The notes under the pieces were generated by a model. That model was given only the letters and a program-made list of their open reading frames with translations. It was not told where the DNA came from and ran no database searches. Of a stretch of DNA of 64,000 nucleotides, positions 29,256 to 40,052 are shown one piece after another (position 1 is the stretch's first letter; every line of letters starts with the position of its first letter). Origin of the DNA: Candidatus Thioglobus sp. (GTDB taxonomy: Bacteria > Pseudomonadota > Gammaproteobacteria > PS1 > Pseudothioglobaceae); contig JAPYSK010000001.1 in the NCBI GenBank assembly GCA_029936515.1, positions 14,079-78,078 on the forward strand. The letters run 5' to 3'. The position numbers and the translations under genes were made by a program.

Positions 29256-30560
29256 TTATTGAGTTTCAATGAGATTCATTCCGACCTGATTGACTAGTTC
29301 TACAAAGTTTGGAAAAGATGTTTTTACATTATCAACGCCTTCAATATCAAGCTCAAAATTCGATCTAGCGGATGCAATTGCAAATGCCATGGATATACGA
29401 TGGTCATGGTGGGATTTAATAATAGAAGTTTGTTTTTGAAATTCACCGCCTTTAATTCTAATTCCGTCCTCTAAAACTTCATTTTCTATCCCTAGAGATA
29501 GCAAGCCATCAGCCATAACTTGGATGCGATCAGACTCTTTCACTCTTAATTCTCTTGCGTCAGTCAAAAGGGTTTCTCCATGAGCACAGCTTGCAGCAAT
29601 AAAGATAGCTGGAAATTCGTCTATTGCAAGTGGAACAAGCTCCTTAGGAATAGTAATTCCTTTAAGGCTAGAAGAGCAAACTCTGATATCGGATACTAAT
29701 TCACCGGCCTCCTCTCTTTGATTGTTAAGTTCAATATTTGCGCCCATCAGTTTAAGAATCTCGATTACTCCAGTCCTGGTTGGGTTGATGTTGACTGCTT
29801 CTAATGTAATATCTGCATTTTTAGCGATGCTAGCAGCAACAATAAAGAAGGCAGCAGATGAGATATCGCTCGGAACCTCTATATCACAAGCTTGTAATTG
29901 TCCTCCACCAGTCAAAGAAACCTTGCCACTAGATGAAGTTACTTGGTATCCAAAGCCTTTGAGCATTCTTTCAGTATGATCTCTTGTTGTTTCATTTTCT
30001 GTAATACAAGTCTCACCATCAGCGTAAAGTCCTGCTAATAATAGGCAAGATTTAATTTGCGCTGAGGCTACAGGGAGTGTGTACTTTAAAGCAGAAAGTT
30101 TTTGGTTGCCACTAATCGATAAAGGAGGCATTGAGTCAGAACTTTTAATGATTGCACCCATTTCTCTAAGCGGGTCAATAATTCTTGCCATAGGCCGCTT
30201 CGAGAGTGATTCATCACCACAAAGCATAGAATCGAAGCTTTGTGCGCTTAAAAGTCCAGTCATTAATCGTATAGAGGTGCCTGAATTGCCTAAGTTTAAG
30301 GGTTTTAAAGAGGGTCTTAAACCATTCATACCAACACCATTAATAACAACGTTGGAGACTTCTCTTTCTATCTTAACTCCCATATCTTTAAATGCATTCA
30401 AAGTTGCAAGAGTATCCTCTCCCTCTAAAAAGCCTGACACATTTGTGACCCCATTTGCAATTGAGCCAAGCATAATTGAGCGATGTGAGATAGATTTATC
30501 CCCCGGAACTTTGATAGAACCCTTTAAAAATTCACTAGGTGAGGCTATAAAATTAGCCAT
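29256..30560 (-). CDS. aroA: EPSP synthase
   Basis: PGDKSISHRS, LGNSGTSIRL, ASAQIKS, RDHTERML, LRVKESDRI, DHRISMAF. Confidence 0.97.
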   Translation of the reverse strand: MANFIASPSEFLKGSIKVPGDKSISHRSIMLGSIANGVTNVSGFLEGEDTLATLNAFKDMGVKIEREVSNVVINGVGMNGLRPSLKPLNLGNSGTSIRLMTGLLSAQSFDSMLCGDESLSKRPMARIIDPLREMGAIIKSSDSMPPLSISGNQKLSALKYTLPVASAQIKSCLLLAGLYADGETCITENETTRDHTERMLKGFGYQVTSSSGKVSLTGGGQLQACDIEVPSDISSAAFFIVAASIAKNADITLEAVNINPTRTGVIEILKLMGANIELNNQREEAGELVSDIRVCSSSLKGITIPKELVPLAIDEFPAIFIAASCAHGETLLTDARELRVKESDRIQVMADGLLSLGIENEVLEDGIRIKGGEFQKQTSIIKSHHDHRISMAFAIASARSNFELDIEGVDNVKTSFPNFVELVNQVGMNLIETQ

Positions 30561-30569
30561 TTAATCGCC

Positions 30570-31421
30570 CTATCCTACCCATGAGTCACGTGTAGTTTTT
30601 GCATCACGAAAGAAAGATTCAAGTTTATCTTTATCTTGATTATCAATTGCATCTACTAAAGAGCTTAAAGTTTCTTGGTAGTTCTTAATGTGAGCGATAA
30701 TTTGAACTCGGTTGTTCAAGCAAATATCTCTCCACATTACCGCGTCACCAGAGGCTATTCTAGAAAAATCTTTAAATCCTCCTGCTGCATAAATAGACGC
30801 ACTTGGATTTTGAGTGATAAGATAGTTGACCAAGGAAAAAGCCAACATGTGCGGCAAATGTGATGTCATCCCTAATAATTCATCGTGAGATTCAGCACTC
30901 ATAAAATCAACGTCAGCACCAACATCTTCCCACATTTTTTTGAGACTATTGATTGTCTTATCAGTGTTTATTTCAAGCGGTGTTATGATAACTTTTTTAT
31001 TTAAAAATAGTTCTGCATCACTTGATTCAAATCCACTCTTCTCTTTACCGGCAATAGGGTGTGCCGGAACAAAGCAATTCGCCATCTCTACAAATATTTC
31101 TCTTGCTGTCTTAGCGATACCCGTTTTAGTGCTACCTACATCAGTAATAATCATGCCTTCTGTGATGTAAGGCTTTAATTCTCTAAATATTGACTCAAAA
31201 GTGCCAACTGGAGTTGCTATGACTACAATATTTGCCCCATCTAGGGCTTCACTTATATCAGTTGAATATTGATCAATAATATTATTTTTTTGAGCCTCTT
31301 GTAGGCGAGATATGTCTCTTCCAAATCCAAATACAACTTCAGCTAAGTTGTTGTTCTTTAGAGCTTTTGCAAGAGATCCACCTATTAATCCAACACCAAT
31401 TATTGTTATTTTTTTTATCAT
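30570..31421 (-). CDS. tyrA: Prephenate/cyclohexadienyl dehydrogenase
   Basis: GVGLIGGSLA, TDVGSTK, HPIAGKE, HDELLGMTSHLPH, GGFKDFSRIA. Confidence 0.92.
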   Translation of the reverse strand: MIKKITIIGVGLIGGSLAKALKNNNLAEVVFGFGRDISRLQEAQKNNIIDQYSTDISEALDGANIVVIATPVGTFESIFRELKPYITEGMIITDVGSTKTGIAKTAREIFVEMANCFVPAHPIAGKEKSGFESSDAELFLNKKVIITPLEINTDKTINSLKKMWEDVGADVDFMSAESHDELLGMTSHLPHMLAFSLVNYLITQNPSASIYAAGGFKDFSRIASGDAVMWRDICLNNRVQIIAHIKNYQETLSSLVDAIDNQDKDKLESFFRDAKTTRDSWVG

Positions 31422-32482
31422 AGTATCTTTTTTAAAGCGCTAAGTAGATGTTCATTTTCTTCAGCAGTTCCAATCGAAATTCTTAAATAATTACTCATCT
31501 CTACTGGGCGCACAATAATCCCCTCTCTAAGAAGATCATTATATGTTTGTAATGCATCATTAAACTTAACTGCAATAAAGTTTGCAAATGAAGGTATATA
31601 TTTTAAATCTAAAAGCTTGAACCCATCTACTAATTGCTTAGCACCATCATTGTTTATATTTACTGATTCTTGTAAAAAATCTATATCAGACAGCGCTGCA
31701 ATTGCAGCAACTTGTGCCGTATTGTTTACATTAAATGGCTCTCTAACACGGTTAATGTAATCGGAGATTTTGCTATTACATATTGAATACCCTACTCTAA
31801 GTCCCGCTAGCCCATAAGCTTTCGAAAATGTTCGAGTAATTATTAAATTTTCAAAGACTTCAAGCCAGCCAATAGCTTCATCATTGATATTTAAATATTC
31901 AAAATAAGCTTGATCTAAGACAACTGGAATATGTTTAGGGACTTTATCCAAAAAACTATAAACCTCTTCATCGCTTATAAAGGTTCCTGTTGGGTTATTA
32001 GGGTTTGCAACAAAAATAAGCTTAGTGTTTTCATTGATCAAGCCTAACATTGCATTTAAATCATGGCCATAGTTCTTTGCAGGTGAAATTTTTGCTGTCG
32101 CACCAAGCGCTTGAGTAACTAGAGGGTATACAACAAATGCATACTGAGAAAATATAACTTCATCAGTCTTTTTACAAACAAAAACTCGAGCTATTAATTC
32201 TAACAATTCGTTTGAACCATTACCAAGAGAAATCATTTCAGAAGCAACCATCAAACGATCACTTATAGCTTTCTTTAATTCGAAAGCATTGCCATCAGGA
32301 TAGCGATTTATACCTGATAATGAGCTTTTGATTGCTTCGATAACCTTTGAACTGACTCCTAAAGGGTTTTCATTTGAAGCAAGCTTAGTAATATTTGTAA
32401 TACCTAGCTCTCGCTCAAGCTCTTCAATTGGCTTTCCTCCTTGATATGGATTCAAGCCAAGAATAGATTCACATGCATTCAT
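31418..32482 (-). CDS. hisC: Histidinol-phosphate/aromatic aminotransferase
   Basis: KLASNENPLG, ANPNNPTG, DQAYFEY, TRTFSKAYGLAGLRVGY. Confidence 0.94.
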   Translation of the reverse strand: MNACESILGLNPYQGGKPIEELERELGITNITKLASNENPLGVSSKVIEAIKSSLSGINRYPDGNAFELKKAISDRLMVASEMISLGNGSNELLELIARVFVCKKTDEVIFSQYAFVVYPLVTQALGATAKISPAKNYGHDLNAMLGLINENTKLIFVANPNNPTGTFISDEEVYSFLDKVPKHIPVVLDQAYFEYLNINDEAIGWLEVFENLIITRTFSKAYGLAGLRVGYSICNSKISDYINRVREPFNVNNTAQVAAIAALSDIDFLQESVNINNDGAKQLVDGFKLLDLKYIPSFANFIAVKFNDALQTYNDLLREGIIVRPVEMSNYLRISIGTAEENEHLLSALKKIL

Positions 32483-33558
32483 AAAATTGCGATCGGATAA
32501 GATCCCAGGATGTTTAGTTTTGAAGCGTTCTGTTTAACTTTTAAAATTGCACTTTGAACATTTTCTTCGCTTTGATGTCCCTCGATATCAATAAAGAACA
32601 AGTACTCCCATTTAACTCCAGGAATTGGATGCCTAGCGAGTTGCAGTAGGTTTATATTGTTGGATTTAAATGGCTCTAATAAATCAAACAAAGCACCAGA
32701 CTCATGTTTAGTAACAACCAGTAATGAAGTTTTATCATTATCACCATGAGGAACCTCATCCTTGCCAATAACAATAAAGCGAGTAACGTTTCCAGCTTTA
32801 TCTTCAATATTTTTTTCAACTCTTTGAAGTCCGTAAATATTAAGCGCAGCTATAGATGCAATGGCTGCTGCATTTGGCTCATCTTTTACCATACGTGCAG
32901 CAAGAGCATTAGACGCTACAGGTCTTAATTCAGTTTTAGGGTAGTGGTTAGATAGCCATCGATGGCATTGATCAAGGGCCTGCTGATGAGCATAAATTAT
33001 TTTAATTTCTTTGGATTGATCCTGCATCATCAAATGATGAGCAACCGCAATTTCAACTTCACCACAAATATTAAGGTCATGACTATACAACATATCAAGC
33101 GAAGTACCAATAACACCATTAGATGAGTTTTCAATAGGAACAACGCCGTATTGGGCATTATCGGTCTCTACTTGGTGAAAAATTTCGTCAATAGTTCCAC
33201 AATCTAGCGTTGAGACTCCGTGACCAAAATGCTTTAATGCGGCTTCTTGTGTAAAAGTTCCTTCAGGGCCCAAAAAAGCTACTTTAAGGGGTTGCTCAAG
33301 TGCGAGACAGGCAGACATTATTTCTCTAAAAATTAATGCAATATCTTTATCTTTAAGTAAGCTTTTATTTCTTTTAATAACTTTGCTAAGAACTTGAGCT
33401 TCTCTTTCAGGACGATAAAAAGCGCTTTGCTTATTAGATTCCTTTTTTACTAAAGCAACCTCGGCTGCAAGATCAGCACGATTAGCAATGAGCAATTGAA
33501 TCTTCTGATCCAAAGCATCGATTTCTGATCTTAAATTTTCAAGTGACTTATGTTTCAT
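32479..33558 (-). CDS. pheA: Chorismate mutase/prephenate dehydratase (P-protein)
   Basis: N-terminal CM (LRSEIDALD, YRPEREAQV), AFLGPEGTFT, PIENSSNG, NVTRFIVIG, ACT domain. Confidence 0.96.
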   Translation of the reverse strand: MKHKSLENLRSEIDALDQKIQLLIANRADLAAEVALVKKESNKQSAFYRPEREAQVLSKVIKRNKSLLKDKDIALIFREIMSACLALEQPLKVAFLGPEGTFTQEAALKHFGHGVSTLDCGTIDEIFHQVETDNAQYGVVPIENSSNGVIGTSLDMLYSHDLNICGEVEIAVAHHLMMQDQSKEIKIIYAHQQALDQCHRWLSNHYPKTELRPVASNALAARMVKDEPNAAAIASIAALNIYGLQRVEKNIEDKAGNVTRFIVIGKDEVPHGDNDKTSLLVVTKHESGALFDLLEPFKSNNINLLQLARHPIPGVKWEYLFFIDIEGHQSEENVQSAILKVKQNASKLNILGSYPIAIL

Positions 33559-33620
33559 TCTAGTTGTAAATTTTATTAGATTTAAGTGTACTTTGGTTAC
33601 TCTTTAGTATTTGCTGTTAT

Positions 33621-34700
33621 CTATGTGCAAGTCTTTTCAAACTCACTCATAAAAGTAACTAAAGCTTCAACACCCTTAAGTTCCATTGAATTATAGATGC
33701 TTGCACGTATACCGCCAACAGTTTTATGACCTTTAAGGCCTAATAAATTAGATTCTAGGGCTTTTTTTACAAATAATTGGTCGAGAGTTGGATCAGATAA
33801 TAAAAAAGGCACATTCATCCGAGAGCGATATTTATTGGATACCTTATTGGAATAAAGATCAGATGAGTCTATGGCTTTATAAAGTAACTCAGATTTTCTC
33901 TTGTTATGATATTCGATTGCTTCTAGCCCACCAAAATCATTTATCCATTCAAAAACAAGGGACGCAACATACCAAGCAAAGGTGCAAGGGGTATTAAACA
34001 TTGAATTATTTTGGGCTTGAATAGAATAATCAAAGAGAATGGGCTGGTTACTTAAAGCTTGGCCCAATAAATCTTCTCTTACAATCACAATTGTCAAACC
34101 AGATATTCCCATATTTTTCTGTGCACCAGCATAAATCACTCCAAACTTAGAAACATCTATAGGCTTAGAAAGTATCGAAGATGACATATCTGCTACAACT
34201 GTCATATCTACTTCAGGGACATAGTTAAACTCAAGTCCAGCAATAGTTTCATTAGGAGTAAAGTGCAAATACGCACCATCCGGATCTATAGTCCAATCAG
34301 AGAAATTTTCAATATCGGTAAACCCATTAGATTTGCTATCACTACAGACATTAACTTTACAGTAGCGCGAACCTTCAAGGATTGCTTTCTCTGACCAAAG
34401 CCCCGTATTGACATAGTTAGCACTTTTTTTACTTTTTAATAGATTTATAGGAACCATAGAAAATTGCTGAGAAGCACCACCCTGTAAAAACAAAACTTCG
34501 TAGTTACTTGGAATGTTCATTATATTTCTTAAGTTCTTTTTAGATTTTTCAGCTAATTCCATAAAATCAACGCCACGATGGGAGATTTCCATGACTGATG
34601 CTTTTGCATCTCTAAACTCAAGAAGCTCGCTTTGAATTTTTTTTAATACAGAACTTGGTAGAGCTGATGGTCCAGCACTAAAGTTATATATTTGACTCAT
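33621..34700 (-). CDS. serC: Phosphoserine aminotransferase
   Basis: YNFSAGPS, MEISHRG, LFLQGGA, ADMSS, YAGAQKNMG, GGIRASIYN. Confidence 0.97.
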   Translation of the reverse strand: MSQIYNFSAGPSALPSSVLKKIQSELLEFRDAKASVMEISHRGVDFMELAEKSKKNLRNIMNIPSNYEVLFLQGGASQQFSMVPINLLKSKKSANYVNTGLWSEKAILEGSRYCKVNVCSDSKSNGFTDIENFSDWTIDPDGAYLHFTPNETIAGLEFNYVPEVDMTVVADMSSSILSKPIDVSKFGVIYAGAQKNMGISGLTIVIVREDLLGQALSNQPILFDYSIQAQNNSMFNTPCTFAWYVASLVFEWINDFGGLEAIEYHNKRKSELLYKAIDSSDLYSNKVSNKYRSRMNVPFLLSDPTLDQLFVKKALESNLLGLKGHKTVGGIRASIYNSMELKGVEALVTFMSEFEKTCT

Positions 34701-34896
34701 AAGAAAGGTGTTATTTTATTTGATAATTATTATTTTACCTAAGACAAGTAATTACTTCTAAGCATTGTTTTTTGAATTATTAAGTTCAATTAAATATATT
34801 TTCTTATAGCTATTGTAGGTTTAACATATACATTCTAAAATTAATATGTTCGCAAGATAGTCTTAATATAATGAGTATTTTCGATTGAGATAAAAT

Positions 34897-35487
34897 ATGA
34901 AAACAACATACAAAAAAAGAATGCAACGCAAAAAAGAATTTATTGATTCTAGAATCAAAGAAGCAAATATTGATAAAGGAATCATTGTCCTATTAACTGG
35001 AAATGGGAAGGGTAAATCTTCTTCTGCCATGGGAATGATTTGTAGAGCCCTTGGATACGACATGAAAGTTGCTCTCGTACGTTTTTTAAAAGGTGAACAG
35101 CAGACTGGAGAGGATCTTTTTCTAGACAATAATTCAAATGTTGTTTCTGCTCATATGGAAAGTGGCTTTACCTGGGATACTCAGGATCAAGAACTTGATA
35201 AAAAAAGTGCAAGTGAAACGTGGAATGAGGCTGAAAAATTTCTAGCTAATCCTGAGATTGATCTTGTGGTTCTTGATGAGATTACCTACATGATCAATTA
35301 TAACTATCTTGATGAAAAAGTAATCCTTAAAGTCCTATCTAATAGACCAAAAGATCAACATGTAGTAATTACTGGCAGAGCAGCAAGTAAAGGAATTATT
35401 GAGGCTTCAGATACAGTAAGTGAGGTAAAAGATATAAAACACGCTTTTAGAACCAATATCAGAGCTCAAAAAGGTATCGATCTTTAA
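34897..35487 (+). CDS. cobO: Cob(I)alamin adenosyltransferase CobO/BtuR
   Basis: TGNGKGKSSSAMG, VVLDEI, VVITGR, HAFRTNIRAQKGIDL. Confidence 0.93.
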   Translation: MKTTYKKRMQRKKEFIDSRIKEANIDKGIIVLLTGNGKGKSSSAMGMICRALGYDMKVALVRFLKGEQQTGEDLFLDNNSNVVSAHMESGFTWDTQDQELDKKSASETWNEAEKFLANPEIDLVVLDEITYMINYNYLDEKVILKVLSNRPKDQHVVITGRAASKGIIEASDTVSEVKDIKHAFRTNIRAQKGIDL

Positions 35488-35492
35488 ATATA

Positions 35493-36854
35493 CTAACTAT
35501 TTTCAAGTAAATATTGGATTGCTTGGTATAAATACCCTACCGTTACAATTTTCATTCCTTTTATAGATTTTTTAGGTGCATTCCCTTTCGGAATTATTGC
35601 TACTTCAAATCCTTGCTTTTGTGCTTCTGAGAGTCTCTCCATGGCATTGTAAACTGGGCGCACCTCGCCAGTAAGTCCAACCTCTCCAAAAGCAATCCAT
35701 TTGCTTGGAATCACCTTGTCTCTAAGGCTAGAAACTATTGTAAGCATTACGACAAGATCTGAAGCAGTCTCGCTAACTTTTATTCCACCAACTACATTAA
35801 TAAAAACATCCTGATCAAAAGTTGCTATCCCAGAATGTTTATGTAGTATTGCAAGCTGAAGAGACAATCGGTTTTGATCTAGACCAACACTTACTCTTTT
35901 TGGACTGCCATTCGCTTGATCAACTAGTGCTTGTATCTCCACCAATAAAGGTCTTGTAGCCTCTCTAGTAACCATAACCATCGATCCAGATGATGGATTT
36001 TCTTGGTTTGAAAGAAAAATAGAAGAAGGGTTGCTGATTTGTTGAAGGCCTTTTTCACCCATAGCAAAGACACTAATTTCATTAACAGCACCAAAGCGAT
36101 TTTTTACTGCTCTAATAATTCTATAACGACCACCCGGATCACCTTCAAAATAAAGAACTGCATCAACCATATGCTCTAAGATTCTAGGACCAGCAAGAGC
36201 GCCACCTTTTATGACATGACCAATCAGTAAAAGCACAGTGTTGGTTTGTTTTGCATATTGTGTAAGTTGTGCTGCACAATCACGTACTTGAGTCACTGAA
36301 CCAGGGGCAGAAGAAGAGATATCAGTAACCATTGTTTGAATAGAATCAATAACAATAACTTTAGGTTGAAAGTCTTTCGAAAGCTTTAAAATTTTCTCTA
36401 AATGGGTTTCGCTTATAAACAATATATCTTCTTTGATTTCTAGTCTGATAGCTCTTTCGCTAACCTGTTCTGCTGACTCTTCACCACTGACATATAACGT
36501 GGTATTTGCTTTATTAATGACTGCAAGTGCTTGCAAAATTAAAGTTGACTTACCAATACCAGGGTCTCCGCCAATAAGAACCACTGAGCCATCAACCAAG
36601 CCACCACCTAAAGTACGATCAAGTTCGCTCAAGCCTGTGGAAAGCCTTTCTTTATTTTGTGTTGTTATTTCAGATAAATTTTGAACTTTTGATGCGGGTA
36701 AGTCTTTCAGGATATCAGGCTTAGATGATGTCGTCTGAGAAATAACTATTTCTTCAAGTGTGTTCCATTCTTTACAGTCTAAACACTGCCCTACCCATTG
36801 GTGGTGAGATGCTCCACACTCTCTACAAACGAACTCGATTTTAGTTTTAGCCAT
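35493..36854 (-). CDS. radA: DNA repair protein RadA/Sms
   Basis: C4 zinc finger, GGDPGIGKST, DSIQT, KNRFG, C-terminal Lon-like domain. Confidence 0.97.
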   Translation of the reverse strand: MAKTKIEFVCRECGASHHQWVGQCLDCKEWNTLEEIVISQTTSSKPDILKDLPASKVQNLSEITTQNKERLSTGLSELDRTLGGGLVDGSVVLIGGDPGIGKSTLILQALAVINKANTTLYVSGEESAEQVSERAIRLEIKEDILFISETHLEKILKLSKDFQPKVIVIDSIQTMVTDISSSAPGSVTQVRDCAAQLTQYAKQTNTVLLLIGHVIKGGALAGPRILEHMVDAVLYFEGDPGGRYRIIRAVKNRFGAVNEISVFAMGEKGLQQISNPSSIFLSNQENPSSGSMVMVTREATRPLLVEIQALVDQANGSPKRVSVGLDQNRLSLQLAILHKHSGIATFDQDVFINVVGGIKVSETASDLVVMLTIVSSLRDKVIPSKWIAFGEVGLTGEVRPVYNAMERLSEAQKQGFEVAIIPKGNAPKKSIKGMKIVTVGYLYQAIQYLLENS

Positions 36855-36875
36855 TTGCTGTATTCACTTCAAAGG

Positions 36876-37328
36876 TTATTTTTTCATCAATTTATCAATT
36901 TCAATCTTGAAGGCTTCGATATCTTGAAATTGTCTATAAACTGAAGCAAACCTTATATAAGCAACCTCATCTAATGCCCTCAATTCATCCATAACCCATT
37001 CACCGAGAATAGATGAAGGCACTTCTCTTTCATTTTGAGCCATCAGTTTGCGCTGAATTTTTTGGATAGCTGTTTCAATTTTTGAAATTGAAACAGGCCT
37101 TTTTTCAAGTGCTTTTAATAGACCTGAGCGTAACTTATCTTCGCTAAAAGTTTGTCTTGATTCATCACTTTTTATAAGCCTTGGAAGGTTTAGATCTACT
37201 GTTTCACGAGTAGAATGCCTTTCCCCACAAGCTACACACTCGCGACGACGACGAACCTGTGACCCATCATCAAGCAATCTTGTATCTAGAACCTTGGTGT
37301 CATCTGATTGACAAAAAGGACATCGCAT
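36876..37328 (-). CDS. nrdR: Transcriptional repressor NrdR
   Basis: MRCPFC...[12 protein letters not shown]-cone, [15 protein letters not shown]. Confidence 0.97.
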   Translation of the reverse strand: MRCPFCQSDDTKVLDTRLLDDGSQVRRRRECVACGERHSTRETVDLNLPRLIKSDESRQTFSEDKLRSGLLKALEKRPVSISKIETAIQKIQRKLMAQNEREVPSSILGEWVMDELRALDEVAYIRFASVYRQFQDIEAFKIEIDKLMKK

Positions 37329-37333
37329 CTTTA

Positions 37334-38587
37334 CTACTTATAAACAGGAAATTTTGAGCAAAGAGACTCAACTTTTGCTCTAACCTCATCTACAACAGAG
37401 GTGTTTTCAATATCATCACAAATATCACAAATCCAGTGAGTAATATCTATACACTCTTTCTCACCAAAACCTCGAGTCGTTGCAGCTGGAGTTCCAACAC
37501 GGATTCCACTAGTTACGAAAGGAGATTGAGGGTCATGAGGTACTGAATTTTTATTAACCGTAATGTGCGCAGAGCCAAGCGCTGCATCAACAGCTTTACC
37601 GGTTAAACCTTGATCAATAAAACTTACTAAAAACAAATGATCATCTGTTCCACCCGAAACAACATCATAGCCTCTCTCAATGAAGGTGTTGGCCATAGCT
37701 CTAGCGTTTATTACAACTTGTTTCTGGTAGGTTTTAAATTCATCGCTCATCGCTTCCTTAAAAGCAACAGCCTTTGCAGCAATAATATGCATCAATGGGC
37801 CGCCCTGAATTCCAGGGAAAATTGCTGAATTGAGTTTCTTCTCGATCTCTTCATTAGCTCTTGCTACAATTAATCCTCCGCGAGGACCTCTCAAAGTCTT
37901 ATGAGTAGTTGTTGTACAAACATCAGCAATATCTATTGGTGAAGGATAGTCACCCGTTACAATTAAACCGGCCACATGAGCCATGTCAACAAATAAGTAT
38001 GCACCAACCATATCAGAAATTGATCTAAAGCGATTCCAATCGATGACACGAGAATATGCTGAAAATCCAGCAATAATCATCTTTGGTTTGTGTTCAAGCG
38101 CTAAGCGTTCAACTTCATCATAATCAATCTCGCCAGTTGCTTCATTTAAGCCATACTGTATTGCGTTAAAATTTTTACCTGAGAAGGATGGTGCAGCGCC
38201 ATGAGTCAAGTGACCACCATGCGCTAAACTCATTCCTAGAATTGTATCTCCTGGAACTATTAATGCTTGAAAAACTGCAGCGTTTGCAGTAGATCCAGAA
38301 TGAGGTTGAACGTTAGCATATGCAGCCCCAAATAATTTTTTAGCGCGATTTATAGCTAACTCTTCAACACGATCAACATGTTCACAACCGCCATAATATC
38401 GCTTATAAGGGTAGCCTTCAGCATATTTATTGGTAAGCTGTGACCCCTGAGCACTCATAACAGCTGGAGAAGTATAGTTTTCTGATGCAATTAATTCAAT
38501 ATGTGCTTCTTGCCTTTCGACTTCGCCATTTATTGCATTAGCGATGTCAGGATCAACATCATTTAATGTTAGATTTTTATCAAACAT
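37334..38587 (-). CDS. glyA: Serine hydroxymethyltransferase
   Basis: [36 protein letters not shown]; start at ATG 38587 gives 417 aa. Confidence 0.97.
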   Translation of the reverse strand: MFDKNLTLNDVDPDIANAINGEVERQEAHIELIASENYTSPAVMSAQGSQLTNKYAEGYPYKRYYGGCEHVDRVEELAINRAKKLFGAAYANVQPHSGSTANAAVFQALIVPGDTILGMSLAHGGHLTHGAAPSFSGKNFNAIQYGLNEATGEIDYDEVERLALEHKPKMIIAGFSAYSRVIDWNRFRSISDMVGAYLFVDMAHVAGLIVTGDYPSPIDIADVCTTTTHKTLRGPRGGLIVARANEEIEKKLNSAIFPGIQGGPLMHIIAAKAVAFKEAMSDEFKTYQKQVVINARAMANTFIERGYDVVSGGTDDHLFLVSFIDQGLTGKAVDAALGSAHITVNKNSVPHDPQSPFVTSGIRVGTPAATTRGFGEKECIDITHWICDICDDIENTSVVDEVRAKVESLCSKFPVYK

Positions 38588-38765
38588 AAAGAGTTTCAAA
38601 TTAGAGATTAAACTCTGATTTTACCGACTTTTTTTTAATCATTTAACAACTTAATACTACTTTTTTTAAATAATAAAAACGATCCTTAGTTTGACTGCAT
38701 TGTTCGGGAGTTTTCGATGATTTCTCAGTGGTAAAATTACCTTTTTTACTTAATCTTTAAAAAGA

Positions 38766-40052
38766 ATGAAAGTGCTGGTTTTAGGTGCAGGAGTTATTGG
38801 CACAACCTCTGCCTACTTCCTTGCCAAACAAGGTCATGATGTTACTGTTATAGACAGACAGGATAGCGTCGCAATGGAAACTAGTCATTCCAATGCAGGG
38901 CAACTATCGTATGCATTTTCATCACCCTGGGCATCTCCTGGCTTGTCTCTTAGTTTGTTTAAATGGACCTTAACTAGGAACTCCCCTCTTGTTATTAACC
39001 CAAACATCAGCTTTAAAACTGCTAAGTTTATGTATCGAATGTTCAAAAACTGCAATCCAACCAGTTATGAAGTGAACAAAAGTCGAATGCTAAGAGTAGC
39101 AAACTATTCTCAAAAATGCTTATTAGAGCTGGAAAAAGAAATAGACGTTCATTATGAGCAACGAAAACAAGGATCTTTACAACTATTTTGGAGTTCTAAA
39201 GAGCTTGAAAAGGTTAAACACGATATTTCAGTTTTAGAGAAGTTTAATATTCAATACGAGCTTCTAGATGTAAATGGTTGCATCCAAGCTGAACCAGGTC
39301 TTCAATATGTTAAAAACAAACTTGCAGGTGGCATGCGATTTAAAAATGATTACACAGGTAACTGTTATCTTTTTACAAATGAAATTTATAAAAAATGTCT
39401 TGAAATGGGGGTTAAATTTGAGTTTAATACACATATTGAATCTATCCTATTAGAGAAAAATAAAGTATCAGCAATAAAAACAAATAAAGGAGAATTGACA
39501 TCGGATAGTTACTCAATATCTCTTGGAAGTTATTCATCAAAAATTCTCGCTAATATAGGTATCGATATTCCTATTTATCCAGTCAAGGGTTACTCAATTA
39601 CCTTGCCTGTTCTTGAAGATAAAGACGCTCCACAATCTACAATAATGGATGACAAAAATAAGATTGGTATAACAAGACTTGGTGACACTATTAGGGTTGC
39701 TGGAACAGCACATTTAACAGACTTCAATAAAGATCTTAGAGAGAAATCTCTTCATTCTTTGAAGGATGGACTAAATAAGCTTTTTCCATATGCCTCTAAA
39801 GAGTGTAATGACATTCAATTTTGGACTGGTTTCCGCCCAAGTACCCCTGATGGAACTCCTATTATTGGTCCTACACCCTACTCTAATTTATATCTAAACA
39901 CTGGGCATGGGACTTTTGGATGGACAATGTCTGTCGGCTCAGGCAAACTATTGGCAAGCCTAATTTCAGGTATTGAGTCTGAAATATCTATGGAGGGTAT
40001 TGATATGAGTCGCTATAACTATGCTAACAAAACATCTTTGAATTATGGCTAG
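38766..40052 (+). CDS. dadA: D-amino acid dehydrogenase
   Basis: GAGVIG, ETSHSNAGQ, YPVKGYSIT, WTGFRPSTPDG, NTGHGTFGWT; followed by alr. Confidence 0.93.
   Translation: MKVLVLGAGVIGTTSAYFLAKQGHDVTVIDRQDSVAMETSHSNAGQLSYAFSSPWASPGLSLSLFKWTLTRNSPLVINPNISFKTAKFMYRMFKNCNPTSYEVNKSRMLRVANYSQKCLLELEKEIDVHYEQRKQGSLQLFWSSKELEKVKHDISVLEKFNIQYELLDVNGCIQAEPGLQYVKNKLAGGMRFKNDYTGNCYLFTNEIYKKCLEMGVKFEFNTHIESILLEKNKVSAIKTNKGELTSDSYSISLGSYSSKILANIGIDIPIYPVKGYSITLPVLEDKDAPQSTIMDDKNKIGITRLGDTIRVAGTAHLTDFNKDLREKSLHSLKDGLNKLFPYASKECNDIQFWTGFRPSTPDGTPIIGPTPYSNLYLNTGHGTFGWTMSVGSGKLLASLISGIESEISMEGIDMSRYNYANKTSLNYG

Noticed and set aside
38690-38765. Glycine riboswitch upstream of dadA (TTCTCAG...GGTAAAA)
   Set aside because: Lacks the GGAGA...CCGAAG core; resemblance too weak
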